From Octopus sinensis (Eukaryota), in contig NC_043011.1 of assembly GCF_006345805.1 (NCBI RefSeq), forward strand, positions 53,022,464 through 53,086,463: a DNA stretch of 64,000 bases. Reading direction: 5' to 3'. Positions 63,545 through 64,000 of the stretch are shown here, one piece after another (position 1 is the first letter of the stretch; each line of letters opens with the position of its first letter). The position numbers and the translations under genes were made by a program. The notes under the pieces are model-generated. The model was not told the origin of the DNA, did not search any database, and was given only the letters and a program-made list of their open reading frames with translations.

Positions 63545-64000
63545 AAATAGTGTACATTTAAACACATTTAAACAAAATAGTGTACATTTAAACACATTTA
63601 AACAAATAGTGTACATTTAAACACATTTAAACAAAATAGTGTACATTTAAACACATTTAAACAAATAGTGTACATTTAAACACATTTAAACAAAATAGTG
63701 TACATTTAAACACATTTAAACAAAATAGTGTACATTTAAACAAACACATAAAACAAAATAGTGTACATTTAAACACATTTAAACAAATAGTGTACATTTA
63801 AACACTTTAAACAAAATAGTGTACATTTAAACACATTTAAACAAAATAGTGTACATTTAAAACATTTAAACAAATAGTGTACATTTAAACACATTTAAAC
63901 AAAGTGTACATTTAAACACATTTAAACAAAATAGTGTACATTTAAACACATTTAAACAAAATAGTGTACATTTAAACACATTTAAACAAAATAGTGTACA
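63545..64000. repeat. AT-rich minisatellite, about 30-bp unit, runs off the window
   Basis: Unit AAAATAGTGTACATTTAAACACATTTAAAC repeated about 15 times with small indels. Confidence 0.95.

Overview
AT-rich, repeat-dense animal genomic DNA. The SINE complement, (TA)n/(CAT)n microsatellites and very large introns suggest an octopus or other cephalopod (inference). The only supportable host gene is a minus-strand Nopp140/NOLC1 orthologue. Four coding exons are visible (31066-30968, 17744-17689, 6755-6663, 3166-<1). They join in frame through canonical GT-AG sites into at least 1138 aa: a LisH-type N-terminus and a greatly expanded acidic/basic repeat region that runs off the window. The rest is mostly SINEs, MITEs and decayed piggyBac, mariner, Tigger, hAT, CR1 and Tx1/L1 fragments. 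The standout feature is a 357-bp tandem array at 57901-60345: 5 copies in one orientation plus about 1.8 inverted copies, embedded in (TA)n. Every unit carries an identical type I hammerhead ribozyme fold (UUGAUGA / GAAA / GUC, loop 2 CAAAUA, palindromic stem III). It is a candidate retrozyme / circular-RNA-producing element. Two further hammerhead-like inverted pairs occur at 14.3-15.0 kb and 52.7-52.85 kb (the latter duplicated). All three loci have a U.U pair at the base of stem II and a divergent, back-to-back arrangement. All RNA folds were done by hand and none has been computed or tested.
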